DNA of 64,000 nt from Syntrophales bacterium (GTDB lineage: Bacteria > Desulfobacterota > Syntrophia > Syntrophales > PHBD01). The notes under the pieces are model-generated. The model worked only from the letters and a program-made list of their open reading frames with translations, had not been told where the DNA came from and searched no databases. Numbering within the stretch: position 1 is the stretch's first letter; each line of letters opens with the position of its first letter. The position numbers and the translations under genes are program-made. The DNA is taken from positions 544,001 to 608,000 of the forward strand of contig OY764159.1 of the NCBI GenBank assembly GCA_963668175.1, written 5' to 3'. Below, one piece after another: positions 54,771-64,000 of this stretch.

Positions 54771-55580
54771 GTGGGAACCTATCCGTTTTTTGAGGTCGAA
54801 AAGAAGCCGGACATAAAGACGGCGATTCTTTATCTCAATCGTCCCGACAAGTTGAATGCCTTAAACTGGCCCTTCTGGGCGGATTTGCCCAACGTTGTGG
54901 CCGACCTGGAAGCCGATCCCGAGGTTCGGGCCGTGGTTGTCGCCGGCCGGGGAAAGTCTTTCACCGTCGGGATCGACGTTTTCGAATTCTTTATGCAATA
55001 CCAGGATGTCCTGACGGGCGCCACACCTGAACGCCGCGAGGAGATGTATGAACTGCTGCTGAAGATGCAGGAAGGGTTCAACCGGATGGCGAACGGAAAC
55101 AAGATCTACATTGCCGCCATGCACCGGCATTGCATCGGTGCGGGCCTCGATCTGGCCGCCGCCTGCGATCTGCGGCTGGCGTCGCAGGATGCCGTCTTCT
55201 CCCTGCGGGAGACCAAGATCGCCATCGTCGCCGACATGGGGAGCCTCAATCGCCTTCCGAAAATTATCGGGCAGGGCCATACCCGGATGTTGGCCTTGAC
55301 CGGCCGGGATATATCGGCGGCAGAGGCGCTTCGTATCGGACTGGTCAACGAGCTGTACGAAGATGCGACGGCCTTGATGGCGGGGGCTTTGGGCTTAGCC
55401 GAGGAGATAACCGCCAATGCCGAGCCCGCCGTCCGCGGGACGAAACAGATTCTGAGATATATGGAAGACCACAGCGAGACGGACGGCCTCAAGTATGTGG
55501 CCACGTGGAACTCGGCCTTTTTGAATACGAGGGAGATCCAGGATGCCGTCGGGCGTCTCTTGAGCAAGCCGAAAAAGTGA
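54771..55580 (+). CDS. Crotonase-family enzyme, delta3,5-delta2,4-dienoyl-CoA isomerase-like
   Basis: LNRPDKLNA, CIGAGLDL, E..IAIVADMGSL.RLP (Glu/Asp pair). Confidence 0.8.
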   Translation: MGTYPFFEVEKKPDIKTAILYLNRPDKLNALNWPFWADLPNVVADLEADPEVRAVVVAGRGKSFTVGIDVFEFFMQYQDVLTGATPERREEMYELLLKMQEGFNRMANGNKIYIAAMHRHCIGAGLDLAAACDLRLASQDAVFSLRETKIAIVADMGSLNRLPKIIGQGHTRMLALTGRDISAAEALRIGLVNELYEDATALMAGALGLAEEITANAEPAVRGTKQILRYMEDHSETDGLKYVATWNSAFLNTREIQDAVGRLLSKPKK

Positions 55581-55655
55581 GGATGTGCACCGGCATGCCG
55601 CTTCCTTGCCCTGGGTTGGTGCGGAAGCGCGGGCGGACGGCTGGGACGGGGGATC

Positions 55656-56144
55656 TCAGAGTATCAGTTCAAATTCCTGCTCGACGACAGTCTTGCCCCA
55701 ATGATTATCCACCTGTTCGCGGCAGAGCCTGAAGCCGGCCTTTTCATAAAGGCGGCGGGCCTGGTCCAGACCGGCGAAGGTCGTGAGATAGATACGTCGG
55801 CAGGACGCCTGTCTACAGAAATGAACGGCTTGTGCAATCAAGCCTTCGCCCAGTCCCCGACGCTGAAATGCCGGGGCTACGATAAACCAGCGCAAGCGGG
55901 CCTCCCGCTCAGCCTCCCGGGTGCCGACCACGGCAATGGACCCGGCGAAGCGGTTGGATGCCGTTGCATACCAGAAACCGTCCCTCGTTGCGTCGAAATT
56001 CAACAGGAAGTCGGACAACTCGGTGGCAACCTTGGCTTCAAAGAAGAGATCCAGGCCCCAATGTTGATGGTAGTAGGTTGCGTGAAGCTCGGCGATCTTG
56101 CCGATGATGCCGGGGGTGTACCCCGCCTGAATCCTGATCTTCAT
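55656..56144 (-). CDS. GNAT acetyltransferase
   Basis: LRWFIV..FQRRGLG, ARRLYEKAGF. Confidence 0.88.
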   Translation of the reverse strand: MKIRIQAGYTPGIIGKIAELHATYYHQHWGLDLFFEAKVATELSDFLLNFDATRDGFWYATASNRFAGSIAVVGTREAEREARLRWFIVAPAFQRRGLGEGLIAQAVHFCRQASCRRIYLTTFAGLDQARRLYEKAGFRLCREQVDNHWGKTVVEQEFELIL

Positions 56145-56299
56145 GGTTCGCTGCCGTCGAATTTAAATGAAGGAATGCCCATGCCTGTACAACTCTTAAA
56201 GCCGACCATGATCGCGTAGCGTACGGCTCGTGCGGATGAGCGTAATGAAAATGCCGTATTGCCCGTCGGTCCCGGCGACAATCTTAGACAGGACTTGCT

Positions 56300-56806
56300 A
56301 TGAACGATCCGCTTACGTCCCGTAAGCCTTTTATCATCGGAATCATGGGAGGTCAAGATGCCGATCCGGATATCTTGAAGGAAGCACGGCACTTAGGCGA
56401 TGAAATCGCTAAGCGGGGCTGGGTTGTTCTCACGGGCGGCGGTCCCGGCGTGATGAGGGCGGCCTCGGAAGGCGCCCACCGGGCCGGAGGCCTGGTGATC
56501 GCTATTCTGCCCAATGAACGCAAACGGCCTCTCGCCGGGTATCCCAACGAATTCGTGGATATTCCCATTTATACCGGCATGTCGGACGCACGGGATGCCA
56601 TCAATGCGAAAACGCCCCACGTCCTGATCGCCCTGCGGGGCGGTGCTGGTACGGTCGCAGAGATTGCCCTCGCCGTGAAGTCGGGAACGCCCATCATTTG
56701 TCTCCATGACCCCGGTTTGACGGGGCCCGCGTTTCGCGATCTGATCGTCGCCGAGACGGTCGAGGCCGTCATGGAGATACTGGACCAGATGTTAAGCACC
56801 CAGTGA
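56300..56806 (+). CDS. LOG/SLOG family protein (TIGR00725-like)
   Basis: LTGGGPGVMRAASEGA, GGAGTVAEI. Confidence 0.85.
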   Translation: MNDPLTSRKPFIIGIMGGQDADPDILKEARHLGDEIAKRGWVVLTGGGPGVMRAASEGAHRAGGLVIAILPNERKRPLAGYPNEFVDIPIYTGMSDARDAINAKTPHVLIALRGGAGTVAEIALAVKSGTPIICLHDPGLTGPAFRDLIVAETVEAVMEILDQMLSTQ

Positions 56807-56859
56807 AGATCTTCCTGGTCCGGTGACCCGGTTTCCTTGGCCGGCGGAATCCGACACAC

Positions 56860-58905
56860 TTACTCCATAACAACAGGTTCCCTGAGGATGCATTCCCTGG
56901 CCCGGGCGGCGACAGCGGCCATGTCCGGATGCGTATCGCCCAGCGATGTGATCTGGCGGAGGTTGTCGGCCGTTCGCAGGACAAGCATGGCGAGGTCGCC
57001 GTCGGTCAGGCCGGTCGTCCTGATGACGTTCTCCCAATCGTTGCCCTGCGCCCATGTGTAAATAGCATATGCCGGCCAGAAATATTGGCGGTTGACGGCG
57101 AACCCCGCCGCCTTCATTCTGCCGATGAGAGGTTTGACGGCCAGGGCGACGCGCTGTGACGCCGAGCGCAGCTTGCGCGGGATCTTCTTTTCCGGAACCC
57201 CGGCCTCCTGGTCGCCGTCATAGACGAAAGGGGCGATCACGGCCGCGAAAAGCTTTTCGTCCGTCCGGGGAAGGACGTCCCGTCTCAGGCATTCCGCGAT
57301 TAGAAGGGGCTGGTCCAGCCTCAGTTTCGACGCCCAGCGGCCGTTATCGGTCAAGCGATTCTGATCGTCCACAAATCCTTCCGCCTTCAGAAAATCCAGA
57401 TGACGGCAGAAATCGTCCCACAGATTTCCGCCCTGACGGCCGAAATAGGATTGGGATTGAAAGGCCGCCAGCGATTTTTCGAATATGGCCTTGACGTCTT
57501 CCGGTGTCTGCGAAAGGAGCAGGTTAAGTACCATCGAAAAATCGTTTTTGATCCGGCTTTCGATGCTTTCCGGTTTGCGGAAGAGCAGCTTCTTGACGTG
57601 GTTCAAATCCATAAAGCGGCCGGGGACGGAGAGCATAAAACCGATCTTGTCCTGGCCCCGCCTTCCCGCCCGTCCCGTCATCTGGTGGAATTCTATGCCC
57701 GTCAGGGGGGCGAATTCTCTGCCGTTGAAGATATCCGAATTGAAAAGGACGATGGTCCTGGCCGGGAAATTGACGCCGGCGGCCACCGTGGAGGTGGCGA
57801 AGATAGCCTGGAGATGGCCCCGCTTCATCATGACCTCGACCAGGAATTTCCATGCAGGGAGCTGGCCTCCGTGATGAGCGGCCACCCGGCACTTCTCAAG
57901 ATAATGGAGCTGCTTATGATGCTTGAGGTATGGAAAGCGTTCCAGATGTTCGTCCAGTTCGTAGCCGAAGATATCGTCCTCAATGTCCTGGGTGGGATGG
58001 CAGGTTTTCAGGGCGGCATCGCATTCGGATCGCGATTTCAGGAAGAAAATGGCCGGCAGCAGGTGATATCTCTTCAAAACGGCAATGATTTCCCCAAAAT
58101 GGGGTGGGCGGCCGTACTTTCCCTGGGAACGCGCGAATTCGCCGACCCGGGCGAACAGTCGGTTCTGTTCGAGCAAAGGCATCAACCTGCCCGTCGGATG
58201 GAGAAAAAGTGGAAACAGAGGCACCGGTCGTCTTTCTTCTTTGATGACCGTGCAAGGTTTGCCCCGCAGCGAAGAAAGCCAGTCGGCGATTTCCTGGCCG
58301 TTGCCGATGGTCGCCGACAGAAGCAGGAGATTGATCCGCGAGGGCAGATAGATCATGATTTCTTCCCACACGACGCCGCGGTCTTTATCGCCGAGGAAAT
58401 GAGCCTCGTCCAGAATGACCAGATCGCAAGGAAGGTCCTTGCCCTGGTGCATGCTGTCGTAAAGCTGGTTTCTTAAAATTTCCGTTGTGCCTACGATAAT
58501 GGGCGCTTCGATATTCTCCTTCGTGTCGCCGGTGACGATGCCGACATTGTCGCTCTGGAAGTGATCGGCGAATTCGACCCATTTGGCGTTGGTGAGGGCT
58601 TTCAGTGGAGACGCATACCAGCATCGCCCGCCTTTACCGAATACGGATCTGATAGCCTGCTCTGCGATCCATGTTTTCCCTGATCCGGTCGGCGCAATGA
58701 CCATACAGTCGGCCTGGCTGATAGCGTCCAGAGCTCTTAATTGAAACTCGTCCGGAACAAAAGGCGTTTCGGCAGGTTTGCCGATGCGCGCAAAGACGTT
58801 CTTAAGGACCGGCTCGGCATCGGGATGCATCCTGGGGTGGTATGCGGGTTTCGGTGCCCGGCGGCGTTGCCGGTCCGAGGGCTTGCGGGGATAATGGGTT
58901 TGCAT
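56860..58905 (-). CDS. Ski2/HelY-like DEAH-box RNA helicase
   Basis: APTGSGKT, PLKALTN, TTEILRN, DEAH, LSAT, HHGG, QMTGRAGRRG, DSHCT-like tail. Confidence 0.9.
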   Translation of the reverse strand: MQTHYPRKPSDRQRRRAPKPAYHPRMHPDAEPVLKNVFARIGKPAETPFVPDEFQLRALDAISQADCMVIAPTGSGKTWIAEQAIRSVFGKGGRCWYASPLKALTNAKWVEFADHFQSDNVGIVTGDTKENIEAPIIVGTTEILRNQLYDSMHQGKDLPCDLVILDEAHFLGDKDRGVVWEEIMIYLPSRINLLLLSATIGNGQEIADWLSSLRGKPCTVIKEERRPVPLFPLFLHPTGRLMPLLEQNRLFARVGEFARSQGKYGRPPHFGEIIAVLKRYHLLPAIFFLKSRSECDAALKTCHPTQDIEDDIFGYELDEHLERFPYLKHHKQLHYLEKCRVAAHHGGQLPAWKFLVEVMMKRGHLQAIFATSTVAAGVNFPARTIVLFNSDIFNGREFAPLTGIEFHQMTGRAGRRGQDKIGFMLSVPGRFMDLNHVKKLLFRKPESIESRIKNDFSMVLNLLLSQTPEDVKAIFEKSLAAFQSQSYFGRQGGNLWDDFCRHLDFLKAEGFVDDQNRLTDNGRWASKLRLDQPLLIAECLRRDVLPRTDEKLFAAVIAPFVYDGDQEAGVPEKKIPRKLRSASQRVALAVKPLIGRMKAAGFAVNRQYFWPAYAIYTWAQGNDWENVIRTTGLTDGDLAMLVLRTADNLRQITSLGDTHPDMAAVAARARECILREPVVME

Positions 58906-58999
58906 GCTGTGGTGATCTCCGGATCTGACTGCTTGCTTCCCTGTATCATATCTGGATACACCGGTAAAGGTTAACCCAAGAGGCCATCCCGGTTTTCTG

Positions 59000-59028
59000 T
59001 TGACAAATCAGGCCGCGCCCCGTAAGTT
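59000..59028 (+). promoter_or_regulatory. Candidate sigma70 promoter for the MFS gene
   Basis: TTGACA-17 nt-TAAGTT. Confidence 0.55.
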
Positions 59029-59061
59029 CTCCGCCTGTTTTACGAAGAGAGCATGTGATCC

Positions 59062-60315
59062 ATGGTCCAAAGGAAATTATTCTGGGGTTGGTACGTCGTA
59101 GCCGGTACTTTCCTGATTTTTGCCGTCAATTACGGCGTTCGTTACAGTTTCGGCATCTTTTTAAAGCCCATGTCGGCGGATTACGGGTGGGGGAGATCCG
59201 TTATCTCGATGGCCGCGTCCATCAATATGCTGGTCTATTCCATCGGATCTCTCTATTTGGGTACCCTGATCGACAAGGTTGCGCCCCGCTGGATTATGAC
59301 CGCCGGCGCTTTGTTGTCTGCGGCCGGTCTGATCTGTACGGCTTTCTTGAAGACCCCGATCGCCTTTTATCTGATTTACGGGATTCTATGCGGTGCCGGC
59401 GCTTCCGGAATGAGTGTCGTTGTCGGCAATTCGTCCGTAGGCAAGTGGTTCGTCAGAAAAAGGGGACTGGCCATCGGTATGACGACGATGGGCATCAGTG
59501 CCGGAACTATCGTCCTGACGGCCGTTTCGGGTTTCATTGTCGAATATTACGACTGGCATACCGGTTTTCTCATCCTGGGAGCGGCAACGCTGGTTGCCGG
59601 CGTAACGCTGCCCTGGTTTTTGTTGAGAAAGACGTATCCTGAAGCGTGCGGACTCAAGCCCGACGGCGATTTAGAGCAGAACCAAGCTTCTGAGGAAACA
59701 TCGCCCGACGGCCAGCCGGTAACCATCTCACACCGGGAAGCCATGCACAACCCCAAGGTTCTGGTGCTGGGCGGATCATACAGCCTGGCCGTTATGGTCC
59801 TCATGTCCGTGTTTGTTCATCAGGTGGCCTACGCCCTGGATCATGGCATCGGCAAAATAGCAGCGGCCTCTTCCATAGGTATCGTGAGTATGGCCGGCTT
59901 CGCCGGACAGTTTTTCTTCGGATGGTTAAGCGACCGGATTCCCGACCCCAAGTATGCGTCCTGTCTCGGCTTCTGCTTGATGGCGGCCGGTATCGCTATC
60001 CTTATCAACGCCGGGACGCCGCAGATGCTTTTCCTGTACTCCCTGGTATTCGGATTCGGATACGGCAGTCTTGCGCCCATGGTTCCCATCCTGATCGCCG
60101 ACCGCTTCGGACGTCACGTCCTTGGTACGATCTACGGCCTTGTTACGCTGTTCATCGGGATCGGCGGCTTCATCGGGCCGCTGCTCGGCGGGCTGGTCTA
60201 TGACTGTTCCGGTTCTTATAGTATGATGTGGCGGTTTAACCTGGGCGTTCTAGCCGGGGTTGCCGCCTTCATCCTGACTTTGAAACCGGCCCGCGATAGG
60301 GTGCCGCAGGCGTGA
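59062..60315 (+). CDS. MFS transporter (monocarboxylate/OFA-like)
   Basis: About 12 TMs; WGWYVV, KWFVRKRGLAIG, GWLSDR. Confidence 0.88.
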   Translation: MVQRKLFWGWYVVAGTFLIFAVNYGVRYSFGIFLKPMSADYGWGRSVISMAASINMLVYSIGSLYLGTLIDKVAPRWIMTAGALLSAAGLICTAFLKTPIAFYLIYGILCGAGASGMSVVVGNSSVGKWFVRKRGLAIGMTTMGISAGTIVLTAVSGFIVEYYDWHTGFLILGAATLVAGVTLPWFLLRKTYPEACGLKPDGDLEQNQASEETSPDGQPVTISHREAMHNPKVLVLGGSYSLAVMVLMSVFVHQVAYALDHGIGKIAAASSIGIVSMAGFAGQFFFGWLSDRIPDPKYASCLGFCLMAAGIAILINAGTPQMLFLYSLVFGFGYGSLAPMVPILIADRFGRHVLGTIYGLVTLFIGIGGFIGPLLGGLVYDCSGSYSMMWRFNLGVLAGVAAFILTLKPARDRVPQA

Positions 60316-60343
60316 TGATCGAAATTCAAATGAAGGTCAAGGT

Positions 60344-61618
60344 GTGTTTATGGTGCAATTGAACGGCTTGCTGATGTCATTTCTCTTCGTCTGTATCGTC
60401 AGTCTGCTCTGCCGCCTGCTGCTCGCACGGCTCAATGTGCGACATTTGCATCGGTTCGGTCATGACGTGCCGGCGGTCTTTGCCGGCGATATCGACGGCG
60501 ACACCTTGAAGAAGATAACGGATTATACCATTGCGACGTCAAGGTTCGGGTCATGGGCCACATGTTGTGAAGAAGCGATCTTCCTTGCCGTCCTCTTAAG
60601 CGGCGTGCTGCCGTGGCTCGTTGAGGTGATTCTCTCCTGGAAGCTCCATTTTGTCTTTTCCGGTTTGATTTTTTTCGGCATCCTGGCTCTCGCAAGCAGT
60701 CTTCTCAATATACCCTTCAGCCTTTACAGCACATTCGTCATCGAAAAGCGATTCGGCTTCAGCACGATGACGATAAAGCTGTGGGTCTCCGATTTCCTGA
60801 AAGGTTTGCTCATCTCCGCCGTTCTTTCAGCCGTTCTGCTCGGCACGTTCCTGGCGCTCATGTACTATGCCGCGGCCACCTGGTGGATTTGGGTGTGGAT
60901 CGTTTTCGCCCTTTTCCAGATGCTCCTGCTGTGGCTCTATCCAGTCTTAATCGCACCGCTGTTCAATAAATATGAGCCGGTGAAGGACGAAGCCCTCAAG
61001 GAAGCCGTCGTGGATGTGATGAACCGGGCCGGTCTGAAAATCAAAGGCGTCTATCAAGTGGACGAGGGCAAAAGGACCAAACACACCAACGCCTATTTTA
61101 CCGGTTTGGGCCGGACGAAACGCATCGTCCTTTTCGATACCCTGATCGCTTCCAACTCAACCGAAGAAATCGTCTCCGTCCTGGCCCATGAAATCGGTCA
61201 CTGGAAGAAGAGGCACATCATGAAGCAGCTCATATTCATGGAAGCAGCATCTTTGATCAGTTTCTATGTCGCCTACCGGTTCATCGGCTGGACCCTCCTG
61301 TACCGGACATTCGGCTTTCAAGACGTTATCCCGTATGTCGGCCTGCTTCTGCTCGGAGCGCTTTTCGGCCCTCTCTCTTTCTTTTTCACGCCTTTCGGCG
61401 CCTGGATGTCCCGGAAGTTTGAAAGGGAGGCCGACGATTTTGCCTTCGAACTTATGGGTACGGCCGAGCCTTTGATACATGCCCTGAAGCGGCTGGCCAA
61501 GGACAATCTGTCCAATCTCCACCCCCACCCTTTTTATGCCTGGTTCTATTATTCCCATCCCCCGCTGGCGGAACGAATCGACCATCTGCAAGGCATGGCC
61601 GTGGAAAAAATGACTTGA
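60344..61618 (+). CDS. M48 / Ste24-type zinc metalloprotease
   Basis: NAYFTG, HEIGH, E..AD, SHPPL.ERI; multiple TMs. Confidence 0.92.
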   Translation: MFMVQLNGLLMSFLFVCIVSLLCRLLLARLNVRHLHRFGHDVPAVFAGDIDGDTLKKITDYTIATSRFGSWATCCEEAIFLAVLLSGVLPWLVEVILSWKLHFVFSGLIFFGILALASSLLNIPFSLYSTFVIEKRFGFSTMTIKLWVSDFLKGLLISAVLSAVLLGTFLALMYYAAATWWIWVWIVFALFQMLLLWLYPVLIAPLFNKYEPVKDEALKEAVVDVMNRAGLKIKGVYQVDEGKRTKHTNAYFTGLGRTKRIVLFDTLIASNSTEEIVSVLAHEIGHWKKRHIMKQLIFMEAASLISFYVAYRFIGWTLLYRTFGFQDVIPYVGLLLLGALFGPLSFFFTPFGAWMSRKFEREADDFAFELMGTAEPLIHALKRLAKDNLSNLHPHPFYAWFYYSHPPLAERIDHLQGMAVEKMT

Positions 61619-61698
61619 TTTTTATGATGCGGCCGATACATTGGGTAAGGATAGATGTTGTCGATACTCTTATTTTTTGCTGAACCAAGGAGTGAACG

Positions 61699-62193
61699 GT
61701 GCCCATTTACGAATTTTACTGCCGACGGTGCAATACGATTTATAATTTCTATTCCAGGGTCATCAATACCGACAAAGTACCCAGGTGCCCGTCCTGCAAG
61801 ACGGTCAGGCTGAAACGCCAGATGTCCGTATTTGCCAAGATTTCCGGGGGTAAAGACGATATCGCCGGTGATGACGTCATGCCGCAGTTGGATGATGCCA
61901 AAATGGAGAAGGCTATCGCCATGCTGGCCAGTGAAGCGGAGGCCATCAATGAAGATAATCCCCGGCAGACGGCCGGCCTGATGCGGAAGCTTTCCGAGGT
62001 GACAGGCATGAAACTGGGGCCCGGGATGGAAGAAGCCCTGAACCGCTTGGAAAAAGGGGAGGATCCGGAGAAAATTGAAGAGGATATGGGCGCCCTGCTT
62101 GAGGGCGAAGAGCCGTTCATGCTGCCGTCAAGAAAAGGCAAGGCCGGTAAAGCGCCAAGGCCGCGGATAGATGAGACCCTTTACGATTTATGA
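61699..62193 (+). CDS. FmdB-family zinc-ribbon protein with helical extension
   Basis: MPIYEFYCRRC...CPSC; AAGGAG RBS, GTG start. Confidence 0.85.
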   Translation: MPIYEFYCRRCNTIYNFYSRVINTDKVPRCPSCKTVRLKRQMSVFAKISGGKDDIAGDDVMPQLDDAKMEKAIAMLASEAEAINEDNPRQTAGLMRKLSEVTGMKLGPGMEEALNRLEKGEDPEKIEEDMGALLEGEEPFMLPSRKGKAGKAPRPRIDETLYDL

Positions 62194-62225
62194 GAGTATG
62201 CCGCCGAGGAAGAACGGCCCCCGTT

Positions 62226-62834
62226 TCAGACAAATAGCGCCATGAGGGCTTCGGCCATCAGGCGATAGCCCCGTTCGGTGGGGTGAACCATGTCGTACTG
62301 GACCAGCGATTGAAAATCCGTCTCGCCGTCGTCCATTTTTGCCTTCCAATAGCGGTGGGTCAAAGAAACAGCTAGGTTGTATTCGTTACCCAAATCGATA
62401 AGCTGTTGATAGAATTCCTCAACGAAACCGCTGTCTTCGTTGCCGCCCATGTAGCTGGACGTCAGAAGGACGATATCCGCCTCGGGGTCTTCCCGGACGG
62501 CGTCGATCATTTTCCTGATATTCATTTTGAATTGTCCGGCCGTGAATCCCAGGAAGGCATCGTTGAGGGCGTATTGGATCAGGACGCAGTCCGGCTTGTA
62601 TTCGAGAATATCCCACTTCAGCCGGTACGCCCCGCTGTCCGCCGTATCCCCCGGCACACCCCTGGCGACGACGTTGATTCTGGTCGCAGGATACTGCTTT
62701 TGCAGCATATCTTTGAAGATATCGATATAACCCCTGCGGACCATCCAGCTTGCCGTCAGCGAGTCGCCGATGGCGGCGATCGTGACGGGGCTGCCGGAAC
62801 CCAGTTTCTGGATCGTTTTAAAAGGCTTGGCCAT
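62226..62834 (-). CDS. SGNH/GDSL hydrolase
   Basis: GDSLT, GVPG, ALND, DMVHP. Confidence 0.88.
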   Translation of the reverse strand: MAKPFKTIQKLGSGSPVTIAAIGDSLTASWMVRRGYIDIFKDMLQKQYPATRINVVARGVPGDTADSGAYRLKWDILEYKPDCVLIQYALNDAFLGFTAGQFKMNIRKMIDAVREDPEADIVLLTSSYMGGNEDSGFVEEFYQQLIDLGNEYNLAVSLTHRYWKAKMDDGETDFQSLVQYDMVHPTERGYRLMAEALMALFV

Positions 62835-62843
62835 TTTTACATG

Positions 62844-62877
62844 AAAAAAGGAGAGAGGGACGCTTCCCTCTCTCCTT
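62844..62877 (-). terminator. Intrinsic terminator after the acyl-CoA dehydrogenase
   Basis: 13 bp perfect stem AAGGAGAGAGGGA/TCCCTCTCTCCTT with a U-tract on the minus strand. Confidence 0.85.
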
Positions 62878-62893
62878 GCAGTTGAGTATTGCG

Positions 62894-64000
62894 TTATCTG
62901 GCGCCGAGAAGTTTGCGGGCGATGACGACGCGCTGGATTTCGTTGGTTCCTTCATAAATCTGGCAGATCTTGGCATCCCTCATGTGCCTTTCAGCGGGGT
63001 ATTCCTTGCAGTATCCATATCCGCCGAAAATCTGGACGCCCTCGATGGCCGCCCTCATGGCCACGTCGGACGCATACATCTTGGCCATGGCAGATTCCTT
63101 CTCATAATCCAGATGATTGTCTTCCATCCAGGCGGCTCGGAGCAGCAGCAGTTCCGCTGCGTCGAGTTCGGTGGCCATGTCGGCCAGCTTGAACTGGATC
63201 GCCTGGAACGTGGAGATGGGCTTGCCGAACTGCACTCTTTCCTTCGCGTAATTCAAGGCGTCTTCCAGGGCGGCTTTACCGATACCGCATGCCTGGGAGC
63301 CGATGCCGATGCGGCCGCAATCGAGACCGGACAACATCTGACGGAACCCTTGGCCGACCTTACCCAAGAGGTTGGCCGCCGGGACTTCTGCATCCTCGAA
63401 GACCAGTTCGGCCGTTCCGGAGGCCAGAATGCCCATTTTCTCTTCGATCTTGCCGAGGGAGAAGCCCTTGGTGTTCTTCAGATCGACGATCAGGTTGATG
63501 ACGCCCTTATAGGCGAGCGCCGGGTCGGTGGTGCAGGCCAGGACGCAGTACTGCGCGACATTGCCGTTGGTGATGAATCGCTTGGTTCCATTGAGAACAT
63601 ACTTGTCGCCCTTCAACTCGGCACGACAGGCCAGCGATGCGGCGTCGGAGCCGGCTCCGGCTTCCGTCAGGGCGTAGCAACCCTCGACTTTTCCGCTTGC
63701 CACCGGGGTGAGGAATTTCTTCTTTTGTTCTTCCGTGCCGTACATTTTGACCGGGAAGCCGTAGAGCGAATTATTGACTGAGACGATGACACCGGTACTG
63801 GCACAGGCTTTGGAGATGGCGATCATACAGAGAACGTAGGTGACCGTATCCATACCGGCGCCGCCGTATTCTGTCGGGACACCGACACCCATGATGCCCA
63901 TTTCACCCAGCTTGCGGCAGATTTCCTCCGGATGACGATGGGTGTGATCGAGTTCGGCAGCGATTGGTTTGATCTGGGTTTCGGCGAACTTGGTTACCTG
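62894..64000 (-). CDS. Acyl-CoA dehydrogenase (butyryl-CoA dehydrogenase-like), 5' end outside the window
   Basis: Frame open to the window edge; ALTEAGAGSD, GTKRFITNG, RVQFGKPI, FGGYGY, IYEGTNEIQR. Confidence 0.93.
   Translation of the reverse strand, partial: QVTKFAETQIKPIAAELDHTHRHPEEICRKLGEMGIMGVGVPTEYGGAGMDTVTYVLCMIAISKACASTGVIVSVNNSLYGFPVKMYGTEEQKKKFLTPVASGKVEGCYALTEAGAGSDAASLACRAELKGDKYVLNGTKRFITNGNVAQYCVLACTTDPALAYKGVINLIVDLKNTKGFSLGKIEEKMGILASGTAELVFEDAEVPAANLLGKVGQGFRQMLSGLDCGRIGIGSQACGIGKAALEDALNYAKERVQFGKPISTFQAIQFKLADMATELDAAELLLLRAAWMEDNHLDYEKESAMAKMYASDVAMRAAIEGVQIFGGYGYCKEYPAERHMRDAKICQIYEGTNEIQRVVIARKLLGAR

Noticed and set aside
55496..55511. GTGGCCACGTGGAAC as a parS site
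   Set aside because: Only one half matches TGTTNCACGTGAAACA and it lies in coding sequence; I found no convincing parS in the window by eye.
56300..58905. SLOG protein plus Ski2-like helicase as an anti-phage system
   Set aside because: The genes are convergent, both look like housekeeping families, and no nuclease, effector or island signature is present.

Overview
This window is core chromosome of an anaerobic deltaproteobacterium (Desulfobacterota; Syntrophales-like gene content is an inference) and appears to contain the replication origin. Left to right: the end of a 4-hydroxybutyrate/crotonyl-CoA locus (Fe-ADH C-terminus, abfD, NifU-like, a small CGGC Cys protein, 4-HB CoA-transferase); a gene-poor 1.3 kb stretch with stem-loops; a TPR + REC-TPR + sensor-less histidine kinase module; a minus-strand block rsmG-parA-parB-dnaA-[oriC]-dnaN-gyrB-gyrA-DUF4337-archease-rtcB; an envelope cluster (ctpA, YibQ-like, TPR lipoprotein, LolB-like lipoprotein; pal-cpoB); gltX, mdh, glmM; a 14 kb nitrogen/glutamine cluster (three-gene glutamate synthase, glnA, carA, guaA, carB, purF) behind a sigma54 promoter, three palindromic upstream sites and a GAF-AAA+-HTH activator; USP, MORN, arginine decarboxylase, agmatinase and lpxH; then miscellaneous genes up to a truncated acyl-CoA dehydrogenase. 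I saw no rRNA, tRNA, CRISPR, IS, integrase or prophage. The best leads are the sigma54-controlled glutamine cluster, the oriC with non-canonical TTAT(A/C)AACA DnaA boxes, the co-encoded CtpA/LbcA-like/LolB-like set, the sensor-less two-component module, and possible AbfD Fe-S accessory proteins. All calls come from reading motifs by eye; no searches were run.
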